DNA of 39,875 nucleotides, from positions 1 to 39,875 of IMG/VR virus record IMGVR_UViG_3300023118_000004. One strand, given 5' to 3'. The notes beneath the pieces are model-generated. The model searched no databases and had not been told where the DNA came from. It saw only the letters and a program-made list of their open reading frames with translations. A program made the translations under genes and the position numbers. The stretch comes from a virus. Of this stretch, positions 1 to 7,793 are shown piece by piece (position 1 is the stretch's first letter; each line of letters opens with the position of its first letter).

Positions 1-127
1 TCGCCAAATGCAAACTCTAAACTGTCGCTTTCTTTATATTCTTCACTGCTTTTTTTTTAGTAGTATCTTTAGGTAAATTAATTCCCATATGCTCCTTAAA
101 AACTTCAAAAACTTCTAACCATACTGG
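1..127. repeat. Terminal direct repeat, copy A (identical to 39749-39875)
   Basis: Hand comparison shows bases 1-127 match 39749-39875 exactly. This is a circular-contig overlap or terminal redundancy. Confidence 0.9.
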
Positions 128-406
128 CACCAAAGTTTCATCAGGTTCTCCGGCTATCATTTCATTTATATTTGAAAAATAATCAGGCTTAGATATATCT
201 TTTGCGAAACAATAGCCTTTTACGCCAACCTTTACCAAATCAGACAAAATAATAAGATAATTATCCTGCATTCTTTCAACCAAAGTTGTCATTACCGTAG
301 TAATGTCTGCGCCATACATTTTCTGAAGTTCAGCCGATGCATAATTATTAAACCAAAGGGGTATTTCTACCCCTGATAATTTAATTTCTATTTTTTTGTT
401 TAACAT
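17..406 (-). CDS. Tail assembly chaperone (G-like, zero-frame product)
   Basis: 129-aa ORF between the major tail protein and, across the junction, the tape measure gene. It contains an A9 slippery run 30 nt before its stop. Confidence 0.75.
   Translation of the reverse strand: MLNKKIEIKLSGVEIPLWFNNYASAELQKMYGADITTVMTTLVERMQDNYLIILSDLVKVGVKGYCFAKDISKPDYFSNINEMIAGEPDETLVPVWLEVFEVFKEHMGINLPKDTTKKKAVKNIKKATV
50..58 (-). other. -1 programmed ribosomal frameshift slippery run (A9 on the minus strand; duplicated at 39798-39806)
   Basis: The minus strand reads ACT AAA AAA AAA GCA in frame 0. The -1 frame is open from inside the run (TAA AAA AAA AGC AGT GAA ...) and continues into ORF 39490-39741. 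Confidence 0.7.
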
Positions 407-412
407 ATTTTT

Positions 413-871
413 TTATGTTGGTTGCACGTTTACTACTTCCCCAGATCCGGTAATAGTTACATCAGTTCTAAATACATCACCTGAATCGAACTGCTCTCCT
501 AAATCAGAAATATAACCACGACCCATTCTGTAATAAACAAAATCAGCAGTCGCTATGTTTTCTATTTTAAATTGTCTCAGTTCCCCATCATCATCAAATT
601 CATCATCCTTCCAAAGCTCAAAAGCTTCATCATAAGAAATAAATCCTGTTTCCGGTATTTTCGGAATAACCATTGTGTTAGAAAATGACCAAGATTTATC
701 ACCAGGCAAATTCTTTGCGAAACTTCCGCTACATTTGTTTGATATCGTTATTGTATCAGTAGAGCCGGAAAAACCGTCTGATTCCGAACAACCTAAAATT
801 AACCAGTCAGGCACATCTGCTGTACCCATATTTACACTGATTAGGACTTCTTTTGCTAAAATCTCAGCCAT
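413..871 (-). CDS. Major tail (tube) protein
   Basis: 152 aa, lying between the tail terminator-like gene and the chaperone. Size and position are typical of siphovirus major tail proteins. Confidence 0.7.
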   Translation of the reverse strand: MAEILAKEVLISVNMGTADVPDWLILGCSESDGFSGSTDTITISNKCSGSFAKNLPGDKSWSFSNTMVIPKIPETGFISYDEAFELWKDDEFDDDGELRQFKIENIATADFVYYRMGRGYISDLGEQFDSGDVFRTDVTITGSGEVVNVQPT

Positions 872-876
872 AATTT

Positions 877-1311
877 TTAAAGTTTAACAGCTAAGAAGCT
901 GTATGTTAGTAATTTTCTGTATACGTAATAAATATTATTCTTGTCGCTTAAATCATTATCACTTTCTCGTGTTGTGTTTCCAAGTTGATAACCGTAAGCT
1001 GATAAATCAGGATCTAAAAAAGTATCAGGATTTACAATATTTTCAACCTGCTCTGCAATGTCTTCAGCATCACTTCGCCCAATTGGATCAGTGCTACCTG
1101 TTACAATATCAATTAATATAGACGCATTGTAACGCTTACAGCGCTTAATTTGTAATTGATTAGATGTTTGACTTGATAATAGAATGTAAGGATATGAAAT
1201 TCCATCAGGAATAGCGTAAGCATCAAACAAAGGAACTTCGTTACCATTGTAGGTTACGTTGCCATTTAGCGCTGTAAAATATGCTGTTCGTATCGCCTTA
1301 CTTAATTCCAT
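877..1311 (-). CDS. Tail terminator / tail completion protein (DUF3168-like)
   Basis: 144 aa immediately upstream of the major tail protein, with a '..SYPYILL..' core as in DUF3168-type proteins. Confidence 0.55.
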   Translation of the reverse strand: MELSKAIRTAYFTALNGNVTYNGNEVPLFDAYAIPDGISYPYILLSSQTSNQLQIKRCKRYNASILIDIVTGSTDPIGRSDAEDIAEQVENIVNPDTFLDPDLSAYGYQLGNTTRESDNDLSDKNNIYYVYRKLLTYSFLAVKL

Positions 1312-1747
1312 CTAAATCTAATTTTTCAAGTTCTGCTAACATTATTGCTGTGTGTTTTTTGAATGCCGGTATTAAATACGGTCTTGGGGGAATGTTTACT
1401 TGTTTTATTCCTGCGCCTTTGAATTTAATTGCGTAATCTTCTAATCCTGTTGGCACATCAACTAAACCGCCTGTTCCAAATTCAATATAAGGCGAATAAC
1501 GAACCGTACTTCCAATTACACCGTTTAAACCATCTACTTCACCGTTAATACTACTTCTCAATATTCCTAAATCAACCGGAGCCGAACTTATAGCCTCTGT
1601 TTCAATATTCTGAACCGTTTCAGTTAGAATCTCAATATATTCCTCTTTGTACTTCTTAGCGAAGTCAGTAAAAAAGGATTTGTTTTGTTTAAGTCGTAGC
1701 TTCATTTCTTGATGATGTTTCCATTTCGGAATTACAATAAATATCAA
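1298..1747 (-). CDS. HK97 gp10-family head-tail joining (neck) protein
   Basis: 'RYSPYIEFGTGG' resembles the gp10-family Y..VEFGT signature. An alternative start at 1705 (MKLRLKQ) would shorten the overlap with the upstream gene. Confidence 0.7.
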   Translation of the reverse strand: MIFIVIPKWKHHQEMKLRLKQNKSFFTDFAKKYKEEYIEILTETVQNIETEAISSAPVDLGILRSSINGEVDGLNGVIGSTVRYSPYIEFGTGGLVDVPTGLEDYAIKFKGAGIKQVNIPPRPYLIPAFKKHTAIMLAELEKLDLDGIK

Positions 1748-2042
1748 TCTGCGTTCTTAATGGATCAACTTTTATATTGTTAACTGTAAAAATAAATCCT
1801 CTACACGTCATTCTATCAGAATTTAAAACAGGGAAATCAGGTCTGTAACGTATTTTAAAATGAACGTAATTAACTATGTTTTCTTGATTGTCTATTAGCT
1901 GTGGATTAGAACGTTCTTCTACAATAGCCGCGAATGTGTTTAAATATCCATCGTATGTAGTTGTAAATCCTCCGCTCCCATTCGATACCCGTACAGCTCT
2001 TGAAAAACTTAACTTCTCTCTTAATTCCCCTGCTAAAATCAT
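1689..2042 (-). CDS. Head closure / head-tail adaptor protein
   Basis: 117 aa with the N-terminus 'MILAGELREKLSF', typical of the phage head-tail adaptor family. It sits between the gp6-like and gp10-like genes. Confidence 0.65.
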   Translation of the reverse strand: MILAGELREKLSFSRAVRVSNGSGGFTTTYDGYLNTFAAIVEERSNPQLIDNQENIVNYVHFKIRYRPDFPVLNSDRMTCRGFIFTVNNIKVDPLRTQIDIYCNSEMETSSRNEATT

Positions 2043-2581
2043 AATAATGTGATGTTACGATATGAATTAAGCATGTTTTTAGCTTCATCCATTAATCCCT
2101 CTGCTCTGTATTTGCTTTCAACTACATTTTCACGAAAAATATATAATCCTGCAGCATAACGACAAATAGCGATTCTAATCGCATCATCAATCCAGTCTTT
2201 AGTAGTAAACTCAATATCAATATCAGTCCCGCCTTCTTTTAGAATGTCGCCTTTGTTTGTGAAATTGGCAGTTGTCACTTCGTCAACTTTGCCGAACATC
2301 AGCTTGTAATTAGTTGGTAATGACAAAGCAGTTAATCCCATTGTTTTAACTCCGAAACTCAACTGTGACCATTTTTCTAAGTATTGTCGAGCAGATTTAA
2401 TGTAGATTTCACATAAAGTATCGTCAGTATCAAAGTCAATTCTTGCGTGTTGTTTAAAAAACTCTAATGTAACAGGCTCTTCTTCCAAATCCTCAATAAC
2501 TGAATACTGAACACCTGACGCAGTTAAATGACCGTAATGAACGTCACATATTTTGTCGCAATTTTTATAGAAATCAGCCAT
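2039..2581 (-). CDS. Head-tail connector protein (gp6-like)
   Basis: 180 aa, the first gene after the major capsid terminator. Position and size fit a gp6-like connector. Confidence 0.55.
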   Translation of the reverse strand: MADFYKNCDKICDVHYGHLTASGVQYSVIEDLEEEPVTLEFFKQHARIDFDTDDTLCEIYIKSARQYLEKWSQLSFGVKTMGLTALSLPTNYKLMFGKVDEVTTANFTNKGDILKEGGTDIDIEFTTKDWIDDAIRIAICRYAAGLYIFRENVVESKYRAEGLMDEAKNMLNSYRNITLL

Positions 2582-2592
2582 TGTGTGATATT

Positions 2593-2626
2593 AAAAAAGC
2601 TCCTCCAATTTCTCAGAGGAGCTTTT
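2593..2626 (-). terminator. Rho-independent terminator just downstream of the major capsid gene
   Basis: Perfect GCTCCTC/GAGGAGC stem (2599-2605 / 2616-2622), extended by A:T pairs and followed by T6 on the minus strand. Confidence 0.7.
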
Positions 2627-2645
2627 GATTATGAAAAACTATTTA

Positions 2646-3860
2646 TTAAGTTGTAGCGAATGATCCAGAGATCACCCCTGCTTCATCGTAAACGATTGCT
2701 AAAATTCTTTCTTCAGCACGAACTGTGATTAAGTTTTTAATAACGTTGTCACGGTCTTGCTCAAAGAATCTAACTTCTGGAGACATTCTTGAAATAAATT
2801 CAGTAGCAGAAGGATCAAATACTAAGAAATCTCCTTGTGGTACGTTTGGCGCTCCAATTACTCTAGCTCCACCTATAGTCAACTGACCATTGATAACTAC
2901 TACAGTTCCCGGAGGCAAATCGTATTCCCCTGAACCAACCGCTTTATTTAAAGCAATTAGGCTTACAACATCACGACTATTCATTAAAATAGTAGGATTA
3001 AAGAAATATGAATCAGCCAATTGACCGAAAGCAGCATCATATATAATCTCTACAGGAATAGTTTTGTCACCATTGTAAGGTGTAGAATTAGCAACCAACT
3101 TGTTATAAATCTGAGTGTTTTCGGCAACCCAAAGACCAGTACGCCCAGTAGTTAAGAATCTTGCCAAATAACCTTGTAGCCATTCAATATCATCAAGCAT
3201 TTCGCGTTTGATACGAATAATACCCGCAATCCAAATAACTTCTTCAGTTACTGGCTCAAATAATGGGTGTAGACCTGGTTTAGCTACCAAATCCTCAATA
3301 TCCCCGGTACCATCCCAAACGCCTGCGGCTCCAACACTTCCGTTTTCTTTTAGATACTGAACAATTCCTTTTGATGTAGACCCTGAAGGAAGTAAGTTTC
3401 TAAACCATTGTGGCATAAAAGGCTGTTGATACATCCCCCTTGCACGGTCAGTTGTAGCAATTTCCAAAGAATCACCTGAGAATGCCCCGGGATCTAAATC
3501 TTCGTTTGCTTTAGTAAGCATGACACTAAATTTCGTGCCTGTTTTACCAACCATTCCTTTCATTTGCTCTTTGATATCAGAAAAACCATCAGCAAAGTAT
3601 TCTTTCAAAGATTTAATACCTTTGCTTTTTACTTCTTTGATCCCTGCTTTTTTCAAATCAATTACAGCCGCTTCAATATCAGCCATTTTTGTTTTTATTA
3701 AAGCATCGATTTCTTCAGATGTTTTATATCCTTTCGCTTCTATTTCTGTGACAAGTAAGCTTTTTTCAGCTTTGAATTTGTCTTCAAATCTTGCGTCAAT
3801 TTTGCCGTCTAAGCCTTTAAAACCGTTGTCTACGATTTCTTGAATTTCTTTAATTTCCAT
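2646..3860 (-). CDS. Major capsid protein (HK97 fold)
   Basis: 404 aa directly downstream of the prohead protease, with an N-terminal coiled delta-domain-like region. The order is canonical. Confidence 0.85.
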   Translation of the reverse strand: MEIKEIQEIVDNGFKGLDGKIDARFEDKFKAEKSLLVTEIEAKGYKTSEEIDALIKTKMADIEAAVIDLKKAGIKEVKSKGIKSLKEYFADGFSDIKEQMKGMVGKTGTKFSVMLTKANEDLDPGAFSGDSLEIATTDRARGMYQQPFMPQWFRNLLPSGSTSKGIVQYLKENGSVGAAGVWDGTGDIEDLVAKPGLHPLFEPVTEEVIWIAGIIRIKREMLDDIEWLQGYLARFLTTGRTGLWVAENTQIYNKLVANSTPYNGDKTIPVEIIYDAAFGQLADSYFFNPTILMNSRDVVSLIALNKAVGSGEYDLPPGTVVVINGQLTIGGARVIGAPNVPQGDFLVFDPSATEFISRMSPEVRFFEQDRDNVIKNLITVRAEERILAIVYDEAGVISGSFATT

Positions 3861-4515
3861 ATTGTTTAAATGAATGAATTAATGTTTGTTTTATTTGCTC
3901 TGCTGTCGGCTCTACAATCAAAGTGTTGTCAATCAACGGCTCTTTAGTAAGTGACTTTAATATTGTTTCAAGCTCTCGCTTTGTATTGTCATTGAAATCG
4001 AAATCATAAGCTTTAGACAGATAAATAAATGCTTCATCTATACTGTTCATTTTCTTTACATCTTGAACCAAGCTTAAAGAGTTCGCCGCCCACGCAGTTA
4101 AAAATGAATATTCCCAAAGTTTATATTCGGTAATTATTGAACGATTCTTTTCATCTCGCTTCATTACCTCATACCCTATTGAAAGCTCTGTATTTCTATT
4201 ATTTTCTTTTTTGAATTTAATGTGATTGTACATTTCTTTCCCATCATTGATTGATTGGTCAAATTTAGTAACGGTTTTTAATCCGTATCCATCTCTTGGG
4301 TCAATCTCTAAAGGAATACCTACAGGTAAATTAGGGTTGTGATTTTTAAAAACTCCGATTCTGTGGAAATTCTCAGGCACAGTCTTTAAAAAACTGCCTT
4401 TTGCGCTTATATCTCCATCACTATCTTTTACATCGTAAACGTTAGCATAAGCGACTACAATCCCTTGCTTTTCGTCAAAGTCCTTTATCTCGTATGATAT
4501 TTGTTTAAATTCCAT
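3850..4515 (-). CDS. Prohead maturation protease (HK97 family)
   Basis: 221 aa. The segment 'VKDSDGDISAKGSF' resembles the HK97 protease N-terminal motif. It lies upstream of the capsid gene. Confidence 0.8.
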   Translation of the reverse strand: MEFKQISYEIKDFDEKQGIVVAYANVYDVKDSDGDISAKGSFLKTVPENFHRIGVFKNHNPNLPVGIPLEIDPRDGYGLKTVTKFDQSINDGKEMYNHIKFKKENNRNTELSIGYEVMKRDEKNRSIITEYKLWEYSFLTAWAANSLSLVQDVKKMNSIDEAFIYLSKAYDFDFNDNTKRELETILKSLTKEPLIDNTLIVEPTAEQIKQTLIHSFKQYGN

Positions 4516-4580
4516 GTTGTAAATTTAGTGATAATCAAAACTTAACTAAAAAAAACCGTAACGATGTATTGTTATATTGG

Positions 4581-4597
4581 TATTTTTGTTATATTTG
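4581..4597 (+). promoter_or_regulatory. Candidate Bacteroidota -7 promoter boxes for the plus-strand operon
   Basis: TATTTTTG (4581-4588) and TATATTTG (4590-4597) both match TAnnTTTG, 20-37 nt upstream of the ATG at 4618. Confidence 0.5.
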
Positions 4598-4617
4598 CTT
4601 AACTAAAATATTTAATT

Positions 4618-4968
4618 ATGAATAAAAAATATATAATGCCTTTCCTAGATAACAGCTCTTATAGTTATAGCGAATTTGAATTTGATACTAATATAGTCGA
4701 GCCACTTATTCATTTCGTTGTGGATAATGTACAAAACATAATAGAACAGACAAGAGGTGACTATTCGGATATCTTATTATGTATGCCTGAGTATTTAATA
4801 CAGTTCCTTAAACAACGTTATGTAGATAGTATTGTAAATGCAATAGAAGTTGATGGACATGTTTATTTTTGCAATGTAAAAGTTCAGGTAGCTTATAATA
4901 ACAAAGTAACTCTTTTTTATAATTCGTTAATACCAAGCAGAATAATTAAATACACTAAAGAACTATAG
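4618..4968 (+). CDS. Hypothetical protein (first gene of the plus-strand cassette)
   Basis: 116-aa ORF preceded by promoter boxes. I recognised no motif. Confidence 0.6.
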   Translation: MNKKYIMPFLDNSSYSYSEFEFDTNIVEPLIHFVVDNVQNIIEQTRGDYSDILLCMPEYLIQFLKQRYVDSIVNAIEVDGHVYFCNVKVQVAYNNKVTLFYNSLIPSRIIKYTKEL

Positions 4969-4970
4969 TT

Positions 4971-5159
4971 ATGGAAATATCGGATCTAAAAGAAGAAGTA
5001 GGCAAGGTAGAATTGGCTATTTTGCACATGATAAATAAGTTGAACTATGAAACTGGCATACAAGTACAAGGTATTGATATAACAAGTTTTACAAGTCAAA
5101 CAAAAACAGGATTTACAGCAACTACCATAACAGATGTAAAATTAACATTAACAATATGA
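4971..5159 (+). CDS. Hypothetical protein
   Basis: 62 aa, 2-nt gap from the upstream gene and an ATGA overlap with the next one. Confidence 0.5.
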   Translation: MEISDLKEEVGKVELAILHMINKLNYETGIQVQGIDITSFTSQTKTGFTATTITDVKLTLTI

Positions 5160-5380
5160 ATCAAAAAGAAGCAATAGAAAAAATAATCAGCGAGCCAAAG
5201 TTTTATATTGGCAAACTTCCTCAATCAACCGCATCGCATTTCGTTGCGAGTTATCGTAAAGGAATGAGTAAACAAAAAACAATTGACGAGTTTTTGCAGT
5301 TGTTTGGGTACTACAAAATAAAAGATGCAGAATACGCATTACAATTAGAAGGTAAACCAAGTAATTTGAAAACGAAATGA
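5156..5380 (+). CDS. Hypothetical protein
   Basis: 74 aa, with ATGA overlaps at both ends. Confidence 0.55.
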   Translation: MNQKEAIEKIISEPKFYIGKLPQSTASHFVASYRKGMSKQKTIDEFLQLFGYYKIKDAEYALQLEGKPSNLKTK

Positions 5381-5547
5381 AAGAACTAATATATAATTTT
5401 GTACAGAAAACGAAATATTATGTTTACATTATTAGTATTTTACTAAATCTTTACGCTTCTATTGAAGGGCATTATTTTAACATATTAGCTTTAGTTTTAT
5501 CTGTAGAAATATTATTCTTATCTCTTTTTAAAGACGAAATATTATGA
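5377..5547 (+). CDS. Small membrane protein (hand-called, 56 aa)
   Basis: MKELIYNFVQKTKYYVYIISILLNLYASIEGHYFNILALVLSVEILFLSLFKDEIL. ATGA overlaps with both neighbours. It is below the ORF-track size cutoff. Confidence 0.45.
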   Translation: MKELIYNFVQKTKYYVYIISILLNLYASIEGHYFNILALVLSVEILFLSLFKDEIL

Positions 5548-5807
5548 AAGAAGAAGAAATAGAAAGAACGTGTAAAATTTGCAGTAAAACCAAACAGCTT
5601 AAAGATTTCAAAATAGCCAAAACTTGTAAGTTTGGAAGGTGTTATTATTGTACTAAATGCGTTAATATAAAAGGTAAAAATTACAGAAAAAAATACGCTA
5701 AAAATAATCCTGATAAAGTAAAAGCTATTTCTTTGAAATGGAGGGAACAAAATAGAGAAGCAGAAGTTAAGAGAGTTACCGAATACATAACCAAAAATAA
5801 AAAATAA
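5544..5807 (+). CDS. Zinc-ribbon protein (CxxC...CxxC), basic C-terminus
   Basis: 87 aa with 'CKICSKTK...CYYCTKC' followed by a Lys/Arg-rich tail. Confidence 0.6.
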   Translation: MKEEEIERTCKICSKTKQLKDFKIAKTCKFGRCYYCTKCVNIKGKNYRKKYAKNNPDKVKAISLKWREQNREAEVKRVTEYITKNKK

Positions 5808-5811
5808 CATT

Positions 5812-6264
5812 ATGAAACTAATATCAACTAACGATTACGTTTTAGAAACATCTAAAATGGGAATTGAATCATGTAGCCTTAATATTCATAACTCAATTAT
5901 AGCGATCCGTTTCGAAAGAGTAGTTAATTACGCTAAGTTTTTAAATCGTCCTTTTGAACTGTGGATGTTTGCGCCATGTGATAAAAAAGGTGTATTTTTA
6001 GAAGTGCCTGCAATGTTTAAGCTTTTAGGAGAAACAGAAGAGGTTTTAAATTCTGTTGAATACAAAGAATATAAGTTGGCAAAATTGGCTGTTTTGTTTG
6101 AAGGATGGGAGGTAAGAAGATATAATCATCGTAATGAAATATATTTAAAACACAAAGATTCATCACGAATTATTAATTTAAATCAGAAAATAAATATTGA
6201 TGATCTTAAAGATAAATTCAATTTGGTTTTAAATGAATCAGCAATTAAAAAACTAGGATTATGA
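5812..6264 (+). CDS. Hypothetical protein, paralog of 13595-14041
   Basis: Both proteins share MKLIS.xD(Y/F)VLE.S, an (F/L)ELWMF(A/V)PC core and VLFEG(W/F). Confidence 0.7.
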   Translation: MKLISTNDYVLETSKMGIESCSLNIHNSIIAIRFERVVNYAKFLNRPFELWMFAPCDKKGVFLEVPAMFKLLGETEEVLNSVEYKEYKLAKLAVLFEGWEVRRYNHRNEIYLKHKDSSRIINLNQKINIDDLKDKFNLVLNESAIKKLGL

Positions 6265-6770
6265 TAGACGAATTAATTTTTATAGGATTTATGTTTATTG
6301 TATTTATATTGGCCTTTCAATTTATAAACCTATTAGATTCTTTACTTAAAATATATGAAGCAAAAATAGAGCAATCACTTCCTGCAACTTGTAAACACTA
6401 TTCTAAAACAGACTTAAATACTATTAGTATAGACAAAAAATCATATGACATTTCTAAGGAAAGGAAATTAGAAATATTTAAAGAGCATCACTTAAATAAT
6501 AAACATATAGACATGAGCGAATTTAAAAAATACAGAAGAAGTCAAATTGCGGAAATTAGAGAAGTTGAAGATTTTGACATAGGATGTTTTAAAGCCTATG
6601 GTAAAATTGAGTACGAAACAACAGGAATAGTTTCAATTAGTCAGGCTGATTTAGATAATGGCAGCCCTAAAATTGGAGACATGATAGGTCGTAATCCTAA
6701 AAACCATAAAGATCAATGGCTTATTGCAGAACAGTATTTTAAAGATAATTTTGAAGATATTACCAAATAG
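6261..6770 (+). CDS. N-terminally membrane-anchored protein
   Basis: 169 aa with one N-terminal TM helix (LIFIGFMFIVFILAFQFINLL). The C-terminal 'GDMIGRNPKNHKDQWLIAEQYF' is a motif I recall from uncharacterised phage proteins. ATGA overlap with the upstream gene. Confidence 0.65.
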   Translation: MIDELIFIGFMFIVFILAFQFINLLDSLLKIYEAKIEQSLPATCKHYSKTDLNTISIDKKSYDISKERKLEIFKEHHLNNKHIDMSEFKKYRRSQIAEIREVEDFDIGCFKAYGKIEYETTGIVSISQADLDNGSPKIGDMIGRNPKNHKDQWLIAEQYFKDNFEDITK

Positions 6771-6790
6771 CACAGTTCTTTATTTCTAAC

Positions 6791-6829
6791 AACGTCGGGC
6801 GTTTTTCTTGATAGATAACTACCGACGTT
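6791..6829 (+). terminator. Hairpin after the plus-strand operon (possible terminator)
   Basis: Perfect 8-bp inverted repeat AACGTCGG / CCGACGTT (6791-6798 / 6822-6829). The loop is large (23 nt) and the downstream T tract is weak. Confidence 0.3.
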
Positions 6830-6930
6830 ATTTCTGAATTGCATTGACAACCTTCCCACCTTTCAAGCGTACATTCCCAATGATCGCCTTTAAATCGTAA
6901 ATGTTTAACTGAGTATTTCAAAATAAATTG

Positions 6931-6938
6931 TATTTTTG
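6931..6938 (+). promoter_or_regulatory. Candidate -7 promoter box for the tRNA-like genes
   Basis: TATTTTTG matches TAnnTTTG, 14 nt upstream of the first tRNA-like gene. Confidence 0.45.
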
Positions 6939-6951
6939 TTGTTAATAATAA

Positions 6952-7021
6952 GGGGCTATAGTATAATGGTAATACGCACTCTAAGGTGAGTGTAATTCTG
7001 GTTCGATTCCCGTGTGCTCCA
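6952..7021 (+). tRNA. tRNA-like gene 1, with an Ala-type acceptor end and a non-canonical anticodon arm
   Basis: Starts GGGGCTATAG like tRNA-Ala. It has a GTAT/ATAC D-stem, a GGTTCGATTCC T-loop, G3:T70 and A73. The anticodon stem CACTC/GAGTG encloses only 6 nt (TAAGGT). The acceptor and T stems carry mismatches. No CCA is encoded. The fold was done by eye. Confidence 0.55.
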
Positions 7022-7037
7022 CGAATGTAAATAAATA

Positions 7038-7137
7038 GTAAGTTTGGCGGAGTGGATAAACGTTAGCTTATTTTAGTCTGAGAGTGTTAATAAGAACTAT
7101 ACTCGTATGACCACAGGTTCGAATCCTGTAACTTGCT
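7038..7137 (+). tRNA. tRNA-like gene 2, about 100 nt, with a long insertion or variable region
   Basis: The acceptor stem pairs fully, GTAAGTT/AACTTGC (one G:T wobble), extendable to 9 bp. The T-arm ACAGG-TTCGAAT-CCTGT is perfect. The D region TGGCGGAGTGGATAAACG resembles a type II tRNA. There is no clean 5-bp/7-nt anticodon arm. An extra 6-bp stem GAGTGT/ATACTC is present. No CCA is encoded. Confidence 0.55.
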
Positions 7138-7139
7138 AT

Positions 7140-7793
7140 TTATTTAATATACTCGATATATTCTTTACTATTCCTATTCTTTCTAAAATGAATACCGCCT
7201 GAATGCAATAAAGTACGCATTTCTACTTTATCAAAGCTTCGTACTATTTCTCTTTTCTGATCCATACAGTATAATAAATTTAAACTGTTCTCTACGTCCA
7301 TAAATATTGATTCCGTTAATCCTGCATTAAATATACGCCTTGAAAAATCTACGTGCTCATATTTTCCTAATCCATAATTCCAATCAAACCCCCCTATAGT
7401 ATCAATACATTTTCTAGTAACGTACAACATGCATCCGTTGCCTAAAGTATGATATTTAAAATGTTCTTTGCGTTTAAATGCGGTTAAGAACGTGAAACAA
7501 AGGTGTTCTTTACCTGAGTTAATATAAGGCAAATACCATTCGTCCGCTATTGGATAAGTATCATCATCAAACAAAAATATATGATCGTATTTAGCTAGTT
7601 CTAAGCATTTATTTTTAACAGCAGGTATTCCGGATCTACTTTCAAAACGATAAGTTGCGTCACAGTACGGAACATCAGAAGCATCATCAACAATTATTAA
7701 CTCATACCATTCATCTGTATGCTTTTCTATTTGTTCGACAACTTTCTTTAAAGCTTCAGGTCTATTCCGTGTAGTTATACAAATACTTATCAT
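7140..7793 (-). CDS. Glycosyltransferase, GT-A fold (family 2-like)
   Basis: 'ISICITTRNRPEALKK...ELIIVDDASD', a second acidic motif 'LFDDD', and 'GGFDWNYG...EHVDFSRR'. Confidence 0.75.
   Translation of the reverse strand: MISICITTRNRPEALKKVVEQIEKHTDEWYELIIVDDASDVPYCDATYRFESRSGIPAVKNKCLELAKYDHIFLFDDDTYPIADEWYLPYINSGKEHLCFTFLTAFKRKEHFKYHTLGNGCMLYVTRKCIDTIGGFDWNYGLGKYEHVDFSRRIFNAGLTESIFMDVENSLNLLYCMDQKREIVRSFDKVEMRTLLHSGGIHFRKNRNSKEYIEYIK

Noticed and set aside
5472-5810. 112-aa minus-strand ORF antisense to the Zn-ribbon gene.
   Set aside because: It is a low-complexity Phe/Ile-rich translation of the reverse strand of an AT-rich, Lys-rich coding region. It interrupts a tightly coupled plus-strand operon. 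This is a shadow ORF.
6952-7021. tRNA-like gene 1 as an amber suppressor, because CTA occurs in the anticodon region (cacTCTAAGgtg).
   Set aside because: Placing CTA at positions 34-36 leaves no base-paired anticodon stem. The only good stem (CACTC/GAGTG) puts TAAGGT in the loop. No gene in the window needs TAG readthrough, since ORFs are full length in the standard code.
7038-7137. tRNA-like gene 2 as a selenocysteine tRNA, given its extended 9-bp acceptor stem, long extra arm and length of about 100 nt.
   Set aside because: There is no TCA anticodon in any plausible loop. There are no in-frame TGA/SECIS candidates or sel genes in the genome. It is kept only as a non-canonical tRNA-like gene.
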